Below are positions 46,239-61,121 of a stretch of DNA of 64,000 bases, one piece after another (the stretch's first letter is position 1; each line of letters starts with the position of its first letter). The notes under the pieces are model-generated. The model was not told the origin of the DNA and searched no databases. It worked only from the letters and a program-made list of their open reading frames with translations. The DNA is from Aplysia californica. Its lineage: Eukaryota. A program made the position numbers and the translations under genes. The stretch spans positions 233,949-297,948 of the forward strand of contig NW_004797776.1 in NCBI RefSeq assembly GCF_000002075.1. Reading direction: 5' to 3'.

Positions 46239-46870
46239 CCCAGAGAATGAAACTTTGAAATAACACTTTATTTCAGTTTCTCTCTAAAAAAGCCACCCAA
46301 GCCTCTACAAAGAAAAAAAGAGAAAAACAACCAGAAACTTGAGAAACTCTACCTTCCCTCATAATTTCCTTTCTGAATGGTTAGTGTGGCCTATGAGAGC
46401 AAAAATCAGTTTGTTTACAATTGAGTGGATTTTGGGTTTTTTTAAATGTCGAGTAGACCTAGCATGAGTGCTGCTTTTCACTGACTGATTCTAACTCCTT
46501 TTTTGGTGAATATGCGATCGTCATGTTTAATTTTCTCAATGTGCTGAAAATTTAATAATGATTGAGGTATTTGTGCCGATATGAAGGTAAAGTAGTGATG
46601 TAAGCCATCTGTATTCTGGTACGTGGAGACAAAGGTTTTGCGTTCTGCTCGCAAGGTGTGTGGAAAGTGTTCAGGATTTCAACTCAAACAAAAATTACCA
46701 GAACTATTGTCTGCTCAAATGCCTCCATGTAGCCAACAAGTTTGGATTTCAGACACAAATATCATCCAGAAAAAAATGAATTGAAAAGAGTACCTCTGAT
46801 ACTTGACTGAAAAAAACCCAGTCTCTCTCTATATCTGTCTGTCCTTCTCTCGCCTATTTCTCTCTGTCTT

Positions 46871-47116
46871 TCAAGTTTTGATATAAGGCAAGTACAATTT
46901 CAGTAGTCCGTCTTTCCTCCTATTTGCTATGTCTGTCTCTCGCTCCTGGAGCACAAAGTGGGCATAGTCGCGGCGTTGTTTCACCTCCCTTGCACTCAGA
47001 CTTCTCGCCTCATCCACCGGAACGCGTGGCTGGGATGCTGTCGAGCCAGACTTGACCTTCACCTTCCGCTTTGGAATTGTGGTTGGGCGGCCATATTTGT
47101 CCAGTGTCTCCTTGGC
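46871..47116 (-). CDS. TTC28-like terminal coding exon (AKETLDKYGRP...LLKLYLPYIKT*)
   Basis: tcag|GCC phase-0 acceptor, open to TGA at 46873-46871. Confidence 0.82.
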   Translation of the reverse strand, partial: AKETLDKYGRPTTIPKRKVKVKSGSTASQPRVPVDEARSLSAREVKQRRDYAHFVLQERETDIANRRKDGLLKLYLPYIKT

Positions 47117-50100
47117 CTGAATTTGAAATACCAAAATCGCGGCATTATCACTAGAGCATTATTAATATTCTACTGTGTAGATACATTCCATTCAAATAAG
47201 AACTTCCTGCACAAGCACTAAAATTCGCACAGCCGCAAGCAGCACATCCATAAAAAAAACACAAATGTATGTCGGTCTTAAAGTTTTTTACTTTTGTGGT
47301 TTATTCATCAAGTGGGTTTGTGGGTGTGATGGTGTGGTTTCCTCCATCTTTCTGATTAAAACATCTAATTTATCGTTATCTCTCCTACTCCTACTTCTTT
47401 TCTTTGTATGTTACTCTCTAGTCACACCTCCAATCTAAACTTATGTGATCTATTTGTGTTAAAAGTGCCGCAAAGACAACTAAAACTAAAATTAAAAGAA
47501 GCAGTTTTGTTGAAGAAGTATGTTAACAACTTAAAATATTACTTACAGTACCTTATGTCATGCACACCCACCACACAAACTCTCTTAAAGCAATGTTTAG
47601 GCCTACTGATATTCCAAAAAATGTTTAAAGCAAAATTGTCAACATACATGTATTATAAAGAATTTCAAAACATACCTGAAAGTAAATAAAAAGATCTGAC
47701 AAAAAAGAACAAACTATTAACTAAGAACACAGGAGAGAAAAAAACAGCTAAATATATCTACAAAATCTTGCAAATAAGTTTATTTTCGTCTCATATATTT
47801 AGAAGCAATTGATTTAAAAGAAAAGTCTTGTAAAAAAAAAAAACCCCACTAAAACATAGAAAACACCAACAGCGAATCTAATCCTAATAGTCCAATTGAA
47901 AGCCAGGGAGAAAAAAACTTAAAAGCAAACAAAAAGGTGGAAATGTTAAAATTATGTTTCTTTAACAAGAAATAAAAAAGAATTCAGATAGATTTTTTTT
48001 TAAATGGCAAAATGATAAAAGTGGTAGGTCTATTTCAAAGAAAAATTTGAAAGATGTCAGAGGTAAGCTACACAGAGATCTAAATAAACTTAACTGTTCT
48101 AAAACACAAAATAAAAAAGCAAACACTGGGTTGCTGATTTCTGTACTTACCTCCTCATCAGTCTATTCACGAAAGATACCAGAAAAAATAAATGAATTAT
48201 ATTTGGGAGACTATTGTAAACTAATTTTCAATCATCAAGGTACTCCAGGTAAAAAGCAGAAAGTTCGCCAGCATTCTGTCAAATTTTCATAGATGTTTTT
48301 CAATTAGATTGACATCCTTACAGTTTACAAGTGTACGGTTTTGTACTGAAAATGCATGCATACTAATAATACTGCTTTGTGTGCTTTATCTATGCTATAG
48401 TCCGGCAATAACAACAACAAAAAGAGACATCAAACATCCATGTAGAAATAATATGTGAGGCAGCCTGGTGAAACCAGGCGCTCGTCGAAATACCGGTAAT
48501 GATAATTGACGAAACGGGCATTTTTTCCATCGGTTTGGAAAATTTTAATAGAATTTTCGTTTTTTTGGCTCAATGCCTTTAATATCCATTTAAAAACACA
48601 TTTTTATGTATGGATTTTACTGAAAAACCCAAAACATGACCAATCACGTTCAACGCTGTCCTCTCAACCGCACCACAAGGAAAAACCACTCCAAGTTAAA
48701 ACACAACACAAACAGAGGCAATTATGTCATTTTTTACGGCAAAATGAAAGACGACAGACAAGAAACCTGATTGATTAACTAACTCCCCTTTGCTTCCCCA
48801 CCCTGCTTCTCTTCCCTTCCGCCCCTCGATCCTTTCATATAAAAGAAGTCACTCATTTCATAAAATCAATTTAAAAAATCATTTTCTGGGCAATTTGAGA
48901 TTTTCCCGCATTTGCATTCCTAAACCATTGTTCTATCATTTGGCATTCAAAAACAGCTCGAAAAAAACCACCCACCTGTGCAACAACTGTGGTCTGGTGC
49001 CAGGTGCGGGCTCTCTCCAGGTAGTCTTGGAACTCTTCACTCAGGTTGGATGAGCTGACAAAATTAGAAGCAAAATCGAGGGTAACAAAGGAACAAACTT
49101 TGTCACCACTGCAGTACAGTGGGTGCCGCATTCAACGAGGTAACATTCAACGAGGTAACATTCAACGAGGTAACATTCAACGGGGTAATATTCAACGAGG
49201 TAACATTCAACGAGGTAACATTCAACGAGAACTCGGCTCTGACGAGGCAATCCTTAATCCCCGATTTTTTCCTCTCTATACCTCTCTGTAAATGTATGTC
49301 GGCTCCAACGAGGTTGCAAACAGACCGAAGTCGCTTTCAACGAGGTGATAACCAAATAAAAGCAATTGGCGGCCCTAAAAGCGAAGAATTTTTCTCCTTT
49401 CCATCTCACGCGAAGCACAAGGCCAATCATCGATTCCTAACACAGTGTGTTGCTGGATCTAGTGTGCCTCGTAATATGGGCCCCAAAGCCAAGAGGATGA
49501 GCGAGGGTTAGCCTACGGTAGGGATGGGAGGAGGCGGGTGGGAACGTGATGCAGGTTGTGTGAAACTGGATGAACTCTGGATGGGTAGGTCTAGATCGAG
49601 ACCTTCATTTTTTTCAATTTTCTTTTCTTCCCCAGATCAGAAAATCCAAGCTCCCGCCTTTACTTTATGTAGATATCTGCTAGGCCTAGATGTGAGAGAG
49701 TATGTTTCCACACGAGAAGTGTTCAGTAAAAAAAAATATTTGACAATGCAGAAATGACGGTCAGATCACAACTCAAACACGTGCACATTGATGCTGTTTG
49801 AGATTTTCATCATCAGGGGGAAAAACTGTAGTAATTACTGGTATGGGTAGGCCTACATCCTATAATATAATAACTTGTCTCCTTTCTTTACTTTAGCCTT
49901 AGTCACGTTCAACCAGAGGTCGGATCCAACGAGGAAAACAAGCCAGTCCCAGCAACTTCGTTGAATGCGACACCCACTACTATTTTGTCATTTAACCAGA
50001 ACTTCATTTGGCTTTACCTAAAAAATTGCGATATCAAACTGACCCACTATGACATTGTGTAAAAATAATCAGGGTAAAAGCTCATTACATAATTGATATA

Positions 50101-52826
50101 AACATTCAATATAGTTGGAAGAGAACAATTACGATTAAGTCAGGAAAAGACATGAAATTAGGACATTACTAGATTTTCATCAACTGAAAAATGACTTAGG
50201 AGCATCATTGGCTGAAGCAGCCAACTTTCTAAATGATATTCTAAACTGTGTCTAACAGGGCATAAAATACTTGCAATCACAATCACATTTGAGCAAGCTG
50301 TTCATATGTGTCAGTCCACTATCAATAAGGTGCCTTCCCTTCCACCTTTTTCAACTGAGCACTGTGGTGGCGTGATGTTGGTTTTATGGAAACTTATTCA
50401 GAGACAGGTCCTCTGAAGTTCATGTACATCTCCCACAACAACAAAAAACGTGTATGTCAAGAGCTTTGAAAATTCTCTTCTTATAGCGCTACAGTAGTCT
50501 CCGCCTAAACGCACGGTGCTCGGGAGGGCTCCTTAGCGTGTGTTTATACGGAGCGTGCGTTTACATGAACCTTTGCAAGNNNNNNNNNNNNNNNNNNNNN
50601 NNNNNNNNNNNNNNNNNNNNNNNNNNNNNNNNNNNNNNNNNNNNNNNNNNNNNNNNNNNNNNNNNNNNNNNNNNNNNNNNNNNNNNNNNNNNNNNNNNNN
50701 NNNNNNNNNNNNNNNNNNNNNNNNNNNNNNNNNNNNNNNNNNNNNNNNNNNNNNNNNNNNNNNNNNNNNNNNNNNNNNNNNNNNNNNNNNNNNNNNNNNN
50801 NNNNNNNNNNNNNNNNNNNNNNNNNNNNNNNNNNNNNNNNNNNNNNNNNNNNNNNNNNNNNNNNNNNNNNNNNNNNNNNNNNNNNNNNNNNNNNNNNNNN
50901 NNNNNNNNNNNNNNNNNNNNNNNNNNNNNNNNNNNNNNNNNNNNNNNNNNNNNNNNNNNNNNNNNNNNNNNNNNNNNNNNNNNNNNNNNNNNNNNNNNNN
51001 NNNNNNNNNNNNNNNNNNNNNNNNNNNNNNNNNNNNNNNNNNNNNNNNNNNNNNNNNNNNNNNNNNNNNNNNNNNNNNNNNNNNNNNNNNNNNNNNNNNN
51101 NNNNNNNNNNNNNNNNNNNNNNNNNNNNNNNNNNNNNNNNNNNNNNNNNNNNNNNNNNNNNNNNNNNNNNNNNNNNNNNNNNNNNNNNNNNNGTAAAAAA
51201 CCCGTCAGATGACAAAAGCGTGCGTTTGAGCGGAGCGTGCTTTTGTGTGGCGTGCATTTAGGCGGAGACTACTGTACCAGCTCCAAAGTGGGGATCCAAA
51301 CCAAAGCGATCCGCATGGGTGTACTTAAGTCAGCCGGAGTCTTAACTGTCATCATCAGAGAAGTGGGGAATAGCTGACAACAAGCTCACCTCTTGGCCAG
51401 TTTCATTTTCTCTGACATTTCGTCTCGGTGTTCAGTCACAGAGAACCAAGGGGTGCTCATTCGAAGCTGAAGAAGAAAAAGAATTATGTGATAATCTCAA
51501 TTTCAGCATCATAATTTTACATCCAAATATTCTTTTTGCGAAGAAGAACACACAGAGAATAATATTTTATCGTTTTAACATTTCTCCACTCTTTTCATGC
51601 TCTAATTAAAACAAATGTATAATGGTTACATTCCCAATCCCATCACTGCTCTTGTACACTAAAAAATTTCTTAATGTTAAAATAAAGAATATTTCATCAA
51701 CACCGCTCAAGTGTGCCTCATATCCAAACAACAAAGCCCCTTGTCCGTCTTCCTGTGATCCCTACAAGAATCTTGCACATTGTCCCCAATAATTTGGTCA
51801 TCAACGTCATCATTATTATCATCATCATCATCATCAATTTCCAAACAATGCCCTGTTTCCTGGAGGAAGGGGGGGTGGTGTTCTTGAAGCATAATAATCG
51901 ATATCCCGTTGGCATATTTTCAACATAACTTGCTAATATCCGGCACCAAATTGGGACTTCCCACAGGTAGAATCATTAGCCTTAGGTTTCCGTCACACAT
52001 TTGTAAATGTTAAGCCAATCCTTGCTTTTGCAACCCAAAGCGACATGAAATAAAGCACTTTTCTCCATCAAAACAAAGCGAAGCAACATCACTGACTTCA
52101 TACAAATATGACACAAATAAGCCCTATTCTGACAGCCCTTAGCTTCTTGTGGTGGACATCTGAGCTCCAGTTGGTAAGAATTGGGTTACGATAATCAAGG
52201 ACAGTGAGCAATGGAATGTAGCCTGCATGTTATGTTTTTAAAATCATGTTCTGCCTGCATTTCAAAGAAAAACTGAGAATGAAATGGTTTGGCCATCTGT
52301 TATGAATGTCACCTAGTCAGCCAGCCTCAAGAGCCTATAAAACCAAGCACTCTGGCTATAAAGGAAGAGGTAGACTATGCAAAAGATAGATTGAGGGAGT
52401 CACAGAAACCCTGAGAATTTATAATATCCCAATAGATTAGAAAGAGCTGCAGAGCTGGCCTTCCATTTTTTAAAAACTGCATCTCCCCTTGAAGTAAAAG
52501 TAAACAAAAAGTAAATTTATTGGTCATGGTTAAAGATACTAATGAAAAGTTCATGACAAGTTCAACTTTTGACAAATAAATACTCAAAGTAAAAGTAATT
52601 AAAACTAATTACAACACCCTCATGTCATGATGTGTCTTTGTTTGAGCACAACACTTTAATCCTCAGCTCAAAAACAAGGCACTGTAGAGAGGCAACAAGC
52701 TAAAATAACAACCAAAACTACACCACCAACAACAACAATAATTAAATGATGACAACCACATCAACAACAACAAAAATGTAACAAAAAGAAACCCCCAGTG
52801 ATGCCTCTCTAAAGCACAAGAACAGT

Positions 52827-52887
<61 letters not shown>

Positions 52888-55800
52888 GAGACTTGACCAT
52901 CACCTGGTTCCTCGGCAAGATGAGCGGAGTAAGGGAGGGAAGTCTGGGCTGCTCCGTCAGACTGCTCTGTAGGGGAAAATGTCACACACAGATTGAGGAA
53001 TGCAGGACACCAGTACAGTTTGTTTGCTGGCTAGCTTATCTACCTACTCACCTTCTTAATTACGTATACCTAACAACATAGCTATCTGTCTTACCAACTA
53101 TCTATAAATACAAGTATATGTAGTATCTGTTTCTCTATTTTTAAGGACAGCTGTAGATAGCAGTCATTCTGCTTGGACGTATCCTACATGACCCAAAATG
53201 TTCTTTACTGACACGGCTGAAAAGGCAGCCTGCCCCTTAAACGATCCTAAAATTGTATTCATAGGGCCATAAATACTTGTACCAGTACAAATTTCTAAGT
53301 GTGTTCCCCTGCCTCAAACCACGGTGTCAGTGGTGGAACAATTAGGCTCTTCACTGTCACATGGAGAAGATACCAGTATCATTGATTTCAATAGGAATGG
53401 CTTTTGTTCTTGCCAACACATCGTTGCTCGGGGGTGAGCGTTCCTAACTGTCAATGCTGATTTTCAGCTCGTTAGCTTAGACAGTACGCTACCCCAGAAT
53501 CGCAAAGTTCTATCTGACAAATTTTTGGCCGTTTAGAGTTACAAAAACCCTGAGTTCAGAAACCAAATGTTCTATCTGCTCTATCAAAATCGTAAAATAA
53601 TTCGGAGTCCTTATCAAAATATTCAGAGTTGCATTTGAAAAAGTTTGGCTTGTGAAACTCAAACTTTTTAACGTAAAATTTCCCAAAACTGCGTAGGTCT
53701 ACTGAGCAGATAGAACTTTGTCATTCTTTAGTTTTAACTTTAGTACGGTTTTACGGCGCTCGCAACCGCATAAGGTCATATGAGTGCCAAGGGGTGGATG
53801 TCAACAGAGAAGTCCAAATAGGGAATCAGGCTTACTCTGCTCACCTCTCTAGCCTCAACTGCACAAAGTCTGCTTCCACGATCAAGGCACCCCGGAAATA
53901 GCAGTTCACAAGAGAATGACAAACATACAAAGAAGTAGAGGAAAATGATGATAGTAAGGATGAGGAAAGAAAAAGCAGCAGTTCCCCATGTATATGTTGC
54001 TTTGGCACAGTATGAGCGTGACATTGATAAAACAGCCCATTTACAATTCCACTGTGCATAAGAACATGTTAATATCCCCCCTTTGGGAATCGCCTAAAGA
54101 CAACTTCAGTCAGTAGCACAGCCCCGGTGAGATAGTGAGTAGTCTCATCAGTCTCCGTGTCACTGGACTCACAGTCTGTGAGGCACCGAGGCGAACTTAG
54201 GCGCTCGTCAAAATAATGAAATCGAAAAAAATGGCATTTTTCTGTCCGTTTGGCAATTTTTATAGAATTTTCGTTTTTTTGTCTTGACCATCACTTTAAA
54301 ATTAAGGTCCATTTAAAAACACATTTCTATGTGGATTTTACTATTTAAGGCACACAAACGTAAATTTGCAGTTGCTATAGACTCTCAAGCTTTAGAAGTC
54401 GACAAACTTTGGTGGCCATTTTCTCGCTAATTTTACTTTTACCTCTGAAACTAGGCAACCCCCACCTCCTAAAATTGCAAATATTTCGACATCTTTTCAC
54501 GATAGATGAGTATTTTTTTCACTGAACACAAGACAAATGAACAAGCTCTAAAATGCTACCAATAACTCTATATATGCCCAAAAATTGACGAGCGCATGCT
54601 TCCATTGGGCCATGACACAGTCTGGTTAATCTGACCCACTCAGGACATTTTCAGACCCCGAGTCTATGACAATGTCACCTTCCTCATCTTTATCATCCCC
54701 ATATCCAATCTTCCCCATAACTTCAACAACTTGCAAATTTAAGTCAAAAAGAGAAATTTGTTGCCATTTTTCAGTTACTTCGGTATTTACATTCTAGGAT
54801 AGCCTGCTTTCATCTGCAAAACTACACCTGTATTTGTCAATTGTTCGTAAGCCTAGCAGTAAATTTATACTAACAAATTTCGTACCAATACGCACATTTT
54901 CTTATTCCCGAATATGAAACCATCCTGTGCTTGTGGTTAAATCTTTGTAGAGTAGATTTAGAACCAGATGTCTAGTGAAACATTCTTACAGCCAACAAGG
55001 AACAGTAAATTTTGCTAACTTCTCTAACGTCCATAGTACGGCAAAAGGCAAAAAATTGTGCATTTTGATGACGTACCGTAATATACATTGTTAGGAAACA
55101 AAAGGGTTAAGTATCTCAGTCTGTTTTTGACACTTTGTATCCCTCTCAGCCCGGGTTTGCCCTGAAGGCCTGCCTCTTAAAATCAATTATTGTATTGATA
55201 TAGCATTTTGCTTCCCTAGAATTTCAAAGTTTTGTCTGCTCAGTACGTATTTTGAGAAATTTGATGTAAAAAATTGTGAGTTTCACAATATGTCCATCAA
55301 GCTTTTATGAATGAAATCCTTTGGATATCTTGATAATGACTCCAAATAATCTTGCGATTTTTATAAAGCAGATAAAACATTTGGTTTTTTACCTCATGGT
55401 CTTAGTAACTCAAAAACCGCCAAAAATGTCCGATAGTACTTTGAAATTCTAAGGTAGCGATCTACAGTGACAATTTGAGTCTAACCTTGGTGTCACTGGC
55501 CCGTCCCAGCAGGTTCACGTCCAGCCTGTACAACAGGACGGGGCTCTTGTGGCAGCTGAAGGAGAGGAGGAGCTGGAGCATGGAGGACAGGAGCTGTCTG
55601 TGGACGCAAGGGGAGGAAACGGNNNNNNNNNNNNNNNNNNNNNNNNNNNNNNNNNNNNNNNNNNNNNNNNNNNNNNNNNNNNNNNNNNNNNNNNNNNNNN
55701 NNNNNNNNNNNNNNNNNNNNNNGGGGGGGATGATTATATGTGTTCAATGCTCTTTTCAACACTTTAAGTAAGGTTATTTAATAGACAATATCTATCTCTT

Positions 55801-58800
55801 ACTTCAACATCGATGTCTAACTGGGTTGATCAAAGTAAATAACGAGCCTTGAATACTCACCAAAGAATCCAAATTCAAGAATTTTAACTAGGGTTATTCA
55901 CATATATATATGTGAGGCATCCCGGTGAAAGCAGGTGCTCGTTAAATTAATGACATCAAAGAAATCAACATTTTTCTGCCTGGTGGGCAAATTTTTACTA
56001 ATTTTTTTGTTTGGGACACAACACCTTTTACACCAATTAAAAAGATGTTCCTGTGTGGATTCTGCTGAAAAATGTTGATGTTGCAGCTTTCAAGGACACT
56101 CGGCCTCTGAAAGTCACCAAACCTTTTAGGTCATTTCCTTACAAATTTTACCTCTCACACGAAGCAACTCCCTCCTCCTTTATTAGCAAATATCTCGATT
56201 ATTATTCAAGATAGATGGGTATTTTTCCCACTGAAAATGGAAAGCAAGGTAAATGAACAGGCTTTAAAAGTATACCAATAACTCCACATACCCGAAAAAT
56301 GACGAGCACCTGATTCTATTGTATCATAACACATATTTTATGTTAACTGAGTTATCAGTTCACAGGTGAAACCGCACCTTAAGAATAGGACATGTAGTGT
56401 GAACGCACCTTTAAAGTAGTTATTGTGACATAGGCCTCAAGGACATATCACGTGACTGAGACCTCAGGTGATTTCGTGCAAGCCGTGGGTAATCTAAGTG
56501 TCACTCACTCACTGAAGCTGAAACGGGTAACATCGGCTAACCAAGAACTACCAGAAGACGAACAGGTGGGGCCCCACCAACATCAACTACTATCTAGATC
56601 TACTACTGCAAGACTCAAGTAAGTCGTAACATAACAGGGGAGCAGGGTGGAGGTTGGTTATTTCAAGACGGACAGAGCAGCAATGTGACGAAATGATGGT
56701 TGTGTCACACTAACTAAGATAAGGACAGATAATTATAAATAGAGAGTTTGTCTTGCTTGAGTCACCTTAAAGACACTCACTGACACAAAATTTGGTCTGT
56801 TTTAATAAAGGGAAGCCATTAACATGATAAAGACCTTTTACAGCAGGGAAAAAGCAAGACACACAGAAAAAGCACCAGTTGTACCAGTTGGTTTGAATAC
56901 GGTACATAATACATGTCAGTTACGAGACCTAACATTACAACCCTTTTGGCTAAATTCTGCCCTCCCCCACCCCCCACCCCCGTGAACTCACTTGTGTGTG
57001 GCCATCATGTTGAAGGTGAGCAGAAGCCCCACCTGGTGGAAGCCTGTTGCCTGTAGCAATGCCCGCGTCTTGGTGTAGTGCCACAGAGGGTGCACGGACA
57101 AGTCAGTGACCTTGAGTTGGATCTCCGGCGCGTGTTTTGTGATGCTCATCTGGGAAAGACATTCTTTTTTTTAAAGTTTTAGTAAGAGTTTTTCTGTGCT
57201 TGCAACAAATAAATAAGGTTATATAAGTGCTGAAGATTAGAGGTGTTACAAGAGAGTAACAAACACAGAAACGATGTTGGAGAGATTAAGATGATAGACA
57301 TTTGAATGGAAAAGAAGCTACAAATATAGAATGCACTTGGGTATGTGTTCTATAAAAGTTTGGATTGACAGCTAGTTTGACGTCGTTTCCCAAAGTCTAA
57401 ATGTACTGACCCTAGCAAGTCATATAAGGGGATTCCAGGGGTTAAGTGGTTAGAGAGATCTCGGACTGACAGTATTGTCAAGCATAGAATATGTTGAGGA
57501 AACAATGTTTTGGTAACTATAGTCAATGGGGTATAGCCTTAAAAAGATATAACAGCCCTAGCTTTAAAAAACAGTGCAGCACAACACAGCGGCAGCCAGA
57601 TATGGGAAGTTCATTAACTGTATTGATATCACATTATTTATGTAGGTACATATTTATGTATATAAGCTGTTAACCAAATTTCTTCAAGGGGGATGGATGA
57701 AAATCAAACAAGATTTTATTTCAATTTACAAAAGAATACCTAAACCCAATTTGAATCTCTCTGCCAGGGCAAATGGTGTAAAAATAAAATGAAAGCATCC
57801 TCAACCAAGTGTTATGTCTCGGAAATATGAATAAAAATAATCTGTCCACAGAGCTGAATTTAGTCAAAATTGGATGAAAGAAACACCTTGAAAAAGCTGA
57901 GCATGAGAAGATGCCCTCCAAACATCTCAAATAAAAGTGAAGAAAAGAACAAAAGTATTTCTTTAAAACATAGACAACAAATTTTTCTAATAAGAAACCA
58001 AACCAAAAAAAACCAATACACACAAAGAAAAAAGCTGTATTTAATAAAAAGAGGGAGGGGGGGTTTGTTGTTTTTTCGTTGCTGGGGGGAGGGTGGGGAG
58101 AGAAGGAAAGAGAAAGTCTTCCTCACCAGATCAATAAGGCAGGAGATGTTGTCCTGTGTGATGGGTAAGGCCTCTGTGAGAGCACTCACACATTTTGGGC
58201 TGGCTGACAGTTCTGAAACATAACATCTATAGTTCAGTACATAAATAAGTGTAAACTAGACCACGGTACGGGCTAGTAAAAAACACACCATCCTTGAGCT
58301 AAATAAATGTAATGATCATTTTTCATGTGTTTTGCAAACAACAACAAAAGTAGGATATTAGCCCCAGACAACAGACAGACAAGAAAAAAATGCTACACCT
58401 AGAAGTAGCATCCTCCATCTACCCAGTGTCTGTATCAGTACAAAGAACGCAGACTGTTTTTATCCAATGTTCATAGGCCTACTTCTGGCCAGGGTGACAT
58501 TATGAATGCATATTTTGACTGCACTTTATGAAATCATTGTGGGCTGCCAAATTTACCTGAGACAAGTAATTTCATATCGAAGGAAATGTCATTGCCTCTT
58601 ACACCAAATCACCTAAAGGTCAGAGCTGTGCTAATGACAAATCAACAATATTTGTGAGGCAACGTAGTGAGATCAGGTGCTCGTCAAAATACAGGAATCT
58701 TAGAAACAGGCATTTTTTCGACAGTTTGGACATTTTTATCACATTTTTATTTTTTGGCTCAACCTCTTTTATGTCCATATAAAAACACATTTTCATGTGA

Positions 58801-60632
58801 ATTTTACTGAAACACATTGATTAAAGGCATTGATTTTTCAGTTTCAAAGACTCTTTAGCTATTGGATTTACCAAACTTTGGTGGCTATTTTCTTGCTAAT
58901 TTCACCACTGAAACCAAACTTCAATCGCATATATCTTGAGTTCTATTCAAGACAAATGGATATTTATTTCATACGAAGAAAGGCAAATAAATCAGCTTTC
59001 AGATGATACCAATAATTCCACATGCCCAAAAATTGACGAGCGCCTGATTCCACTGCGTCGCGACACATTTTATATCACTATGCCACAAAACACTCACCTA
59101 TAACAGCCTTGAGGGCGTCGTACGTCGGGATCAGCAGCTCATCCGTGTTCCAGTGGGGGAAGACGATATACGGGCAGGTGAGCTCAGCCTCTTTGGCCTG
59201 GAAGTGGAACCCCAGCCACTTGAGTAAGGCCACGGCCGGGCTGCTTCCCGCGATGACATCGGTGAGACGACATGGCTGTCGGTTATTCTCCATGGTATGG
59301 AGACGTTTGAGGGCTGCGTCCAGCTGATGAGTGAAGGAAATTCAGATTCTATGTGTACACCATAAATTATTATAATGATAATAATTATAATGATAATAAT
59401 TATAACAAAAACAAGATAAAGAAAAAAATAGATCAATTAATATGGAAAGCATGCAAAATTTCAACAACTACATTCCCCTACTTGGATGAATTGTACATTA
59501 CAGCTAGCACTAAAAAAATTAATTCCATCTTTTTTTACAATAAACATCCCTTGTTCCCTCAAATAAAAACATCAGTCAGAAGTAAAAGACCTTTGCTTCT
59601 GATCCGTTACAAACAAAGATACAGAAGGTCATTTTTACCATCATCCATCAAATTTCTTCCATCTTAACCATCTTGTTAAAAGTATTCATACGACCTTAGA
59701 GCATGCATCAGAATAACATTGAGTTACAATCAGAATACTGAATAGGCTTATGTATCTAGCTTAACATTATTGTTGTTTACATTACTGTTCATTCATATTA
59801 GGCATTTATGAATGTAAGNNNNNNNNNNNNNNNNNNNNNNNNNNNNNNNNNNNNNNNNNNNNNNNNNNNNNNNNNNNNNNNNNNNNNNNNNNNNNNNNNN
59901 NNNNNNNNNNNNNNNNNNNNNNNNNNNNNNNNNNNNNNNNNNNNNNNNNNNNNNNNNNNNNNNNNNNNNNNNNNNNNNNNNNNNNNATGTGCCAGGATCT
60001 GGACAATAAAGATGTATCTTATCTTATCATATCTTAATAAAAACAATAGTAATAATTATTATTAATAATACTGTATAACATGAAATCACACATCGGTCAA
60101 ACTGTGCCTGCGGTCCCGTGTTTTTTTCTTCTTTATCTTTGTAAGATATCCTTTGAACTATGGATCCCTTGAACTACCGACGAATTCAAGCTATCGGTGT
60201 TATACTGTATTCTCCTAATTGCAGAAATCTCTAAGCGCAGTACAATGCAGAATTATCACTCAATTTAACTGACGAATCAGAAGACAGAAAATGCACATTG
60301 TNNNNNNNNNNNNNNNNNNNNNNNNNNNNNNNNNNNNNNNNNNNNNNNNNNNNNNNNNNNNNNNNNNNNNNNNNNNNNNNNNNNNNNNNNNNNNNNNNNN
60401 NNNNNNNNNNNNNNNNNNNNNNNNNNNNNNNNNNNNNNNNNNNNNNNNNNNNNNNNNNNNNNNNNNNNNNNNNNNNNNNNNNNNNNNNNNNNNNNNNNNN
60501 NNNNNNNNNNNNNNNNNTAATACAAACAGACAAGCAAGCACATGATACACAACATCACTAACACACACCCTCACACAAGCAGCCACAAAGACAAATATAT
60601 ACACACATAAACAAATACACACACACAGACAC

Positions 60633-60698
<66 letters not shown>

Positions 60699-61068
60699 GC
60701 ACCACTAACCAGATCCACTAGATCAGTAATGACTCTGGGATTCTTGTAGTGTTCCTTCAACAAACTCCTCACGTGTTTCTGCAGCACGGACAAGTTGTGC
60801 TCTTTNNNNNNNNNNNNNNNNNNNNNNNNNNNNNNNNNNNNNNNNNNNNNNNNNNNNNNNNNNNNNNNNNNNNNNNNNNNNNNNNNNNNNNNNNNNNNNN
60901 NNNNNNNNNNNNNNNNNNNNNNNNNNNNNNNNNNNNNNNNNNNNNNNNNNNNNNNNNNNNNNNNTCATCATCATCATTGTAGACAGCAAAAAAAATTTTT
61001 AATGGTGGCGACAGAGGTGATGTCATCATTATCATCACTGTTTCACTGCAGAAAAAATACTGGCGACT

Positions 61069-61121
<53 letters not shown>

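Noticed and set aside
49041-49511. ORFs with RGNIQ / NEVTF / ECYLV repeats, superficially pentapeptide-repeat or CRISPR-like
   Set aside because: A 15-bp tandem array without spacers inside a TIR element; all frames are open only because the period is a multiple of 3.
50538-51257. Long ORFs (over 200 aa) in the supplied track, and others containing X runs
   Set aside because: They span N gaps and are artefacts.
15911-54059. Recurrent peptides such as [10 protein letters not shown] / [10 protein letters not shown] in many small ORFs, suggesting a small-protein family
   Set aside because: They are translations of the 390-bp repeat; the frame is not preserved between copies.
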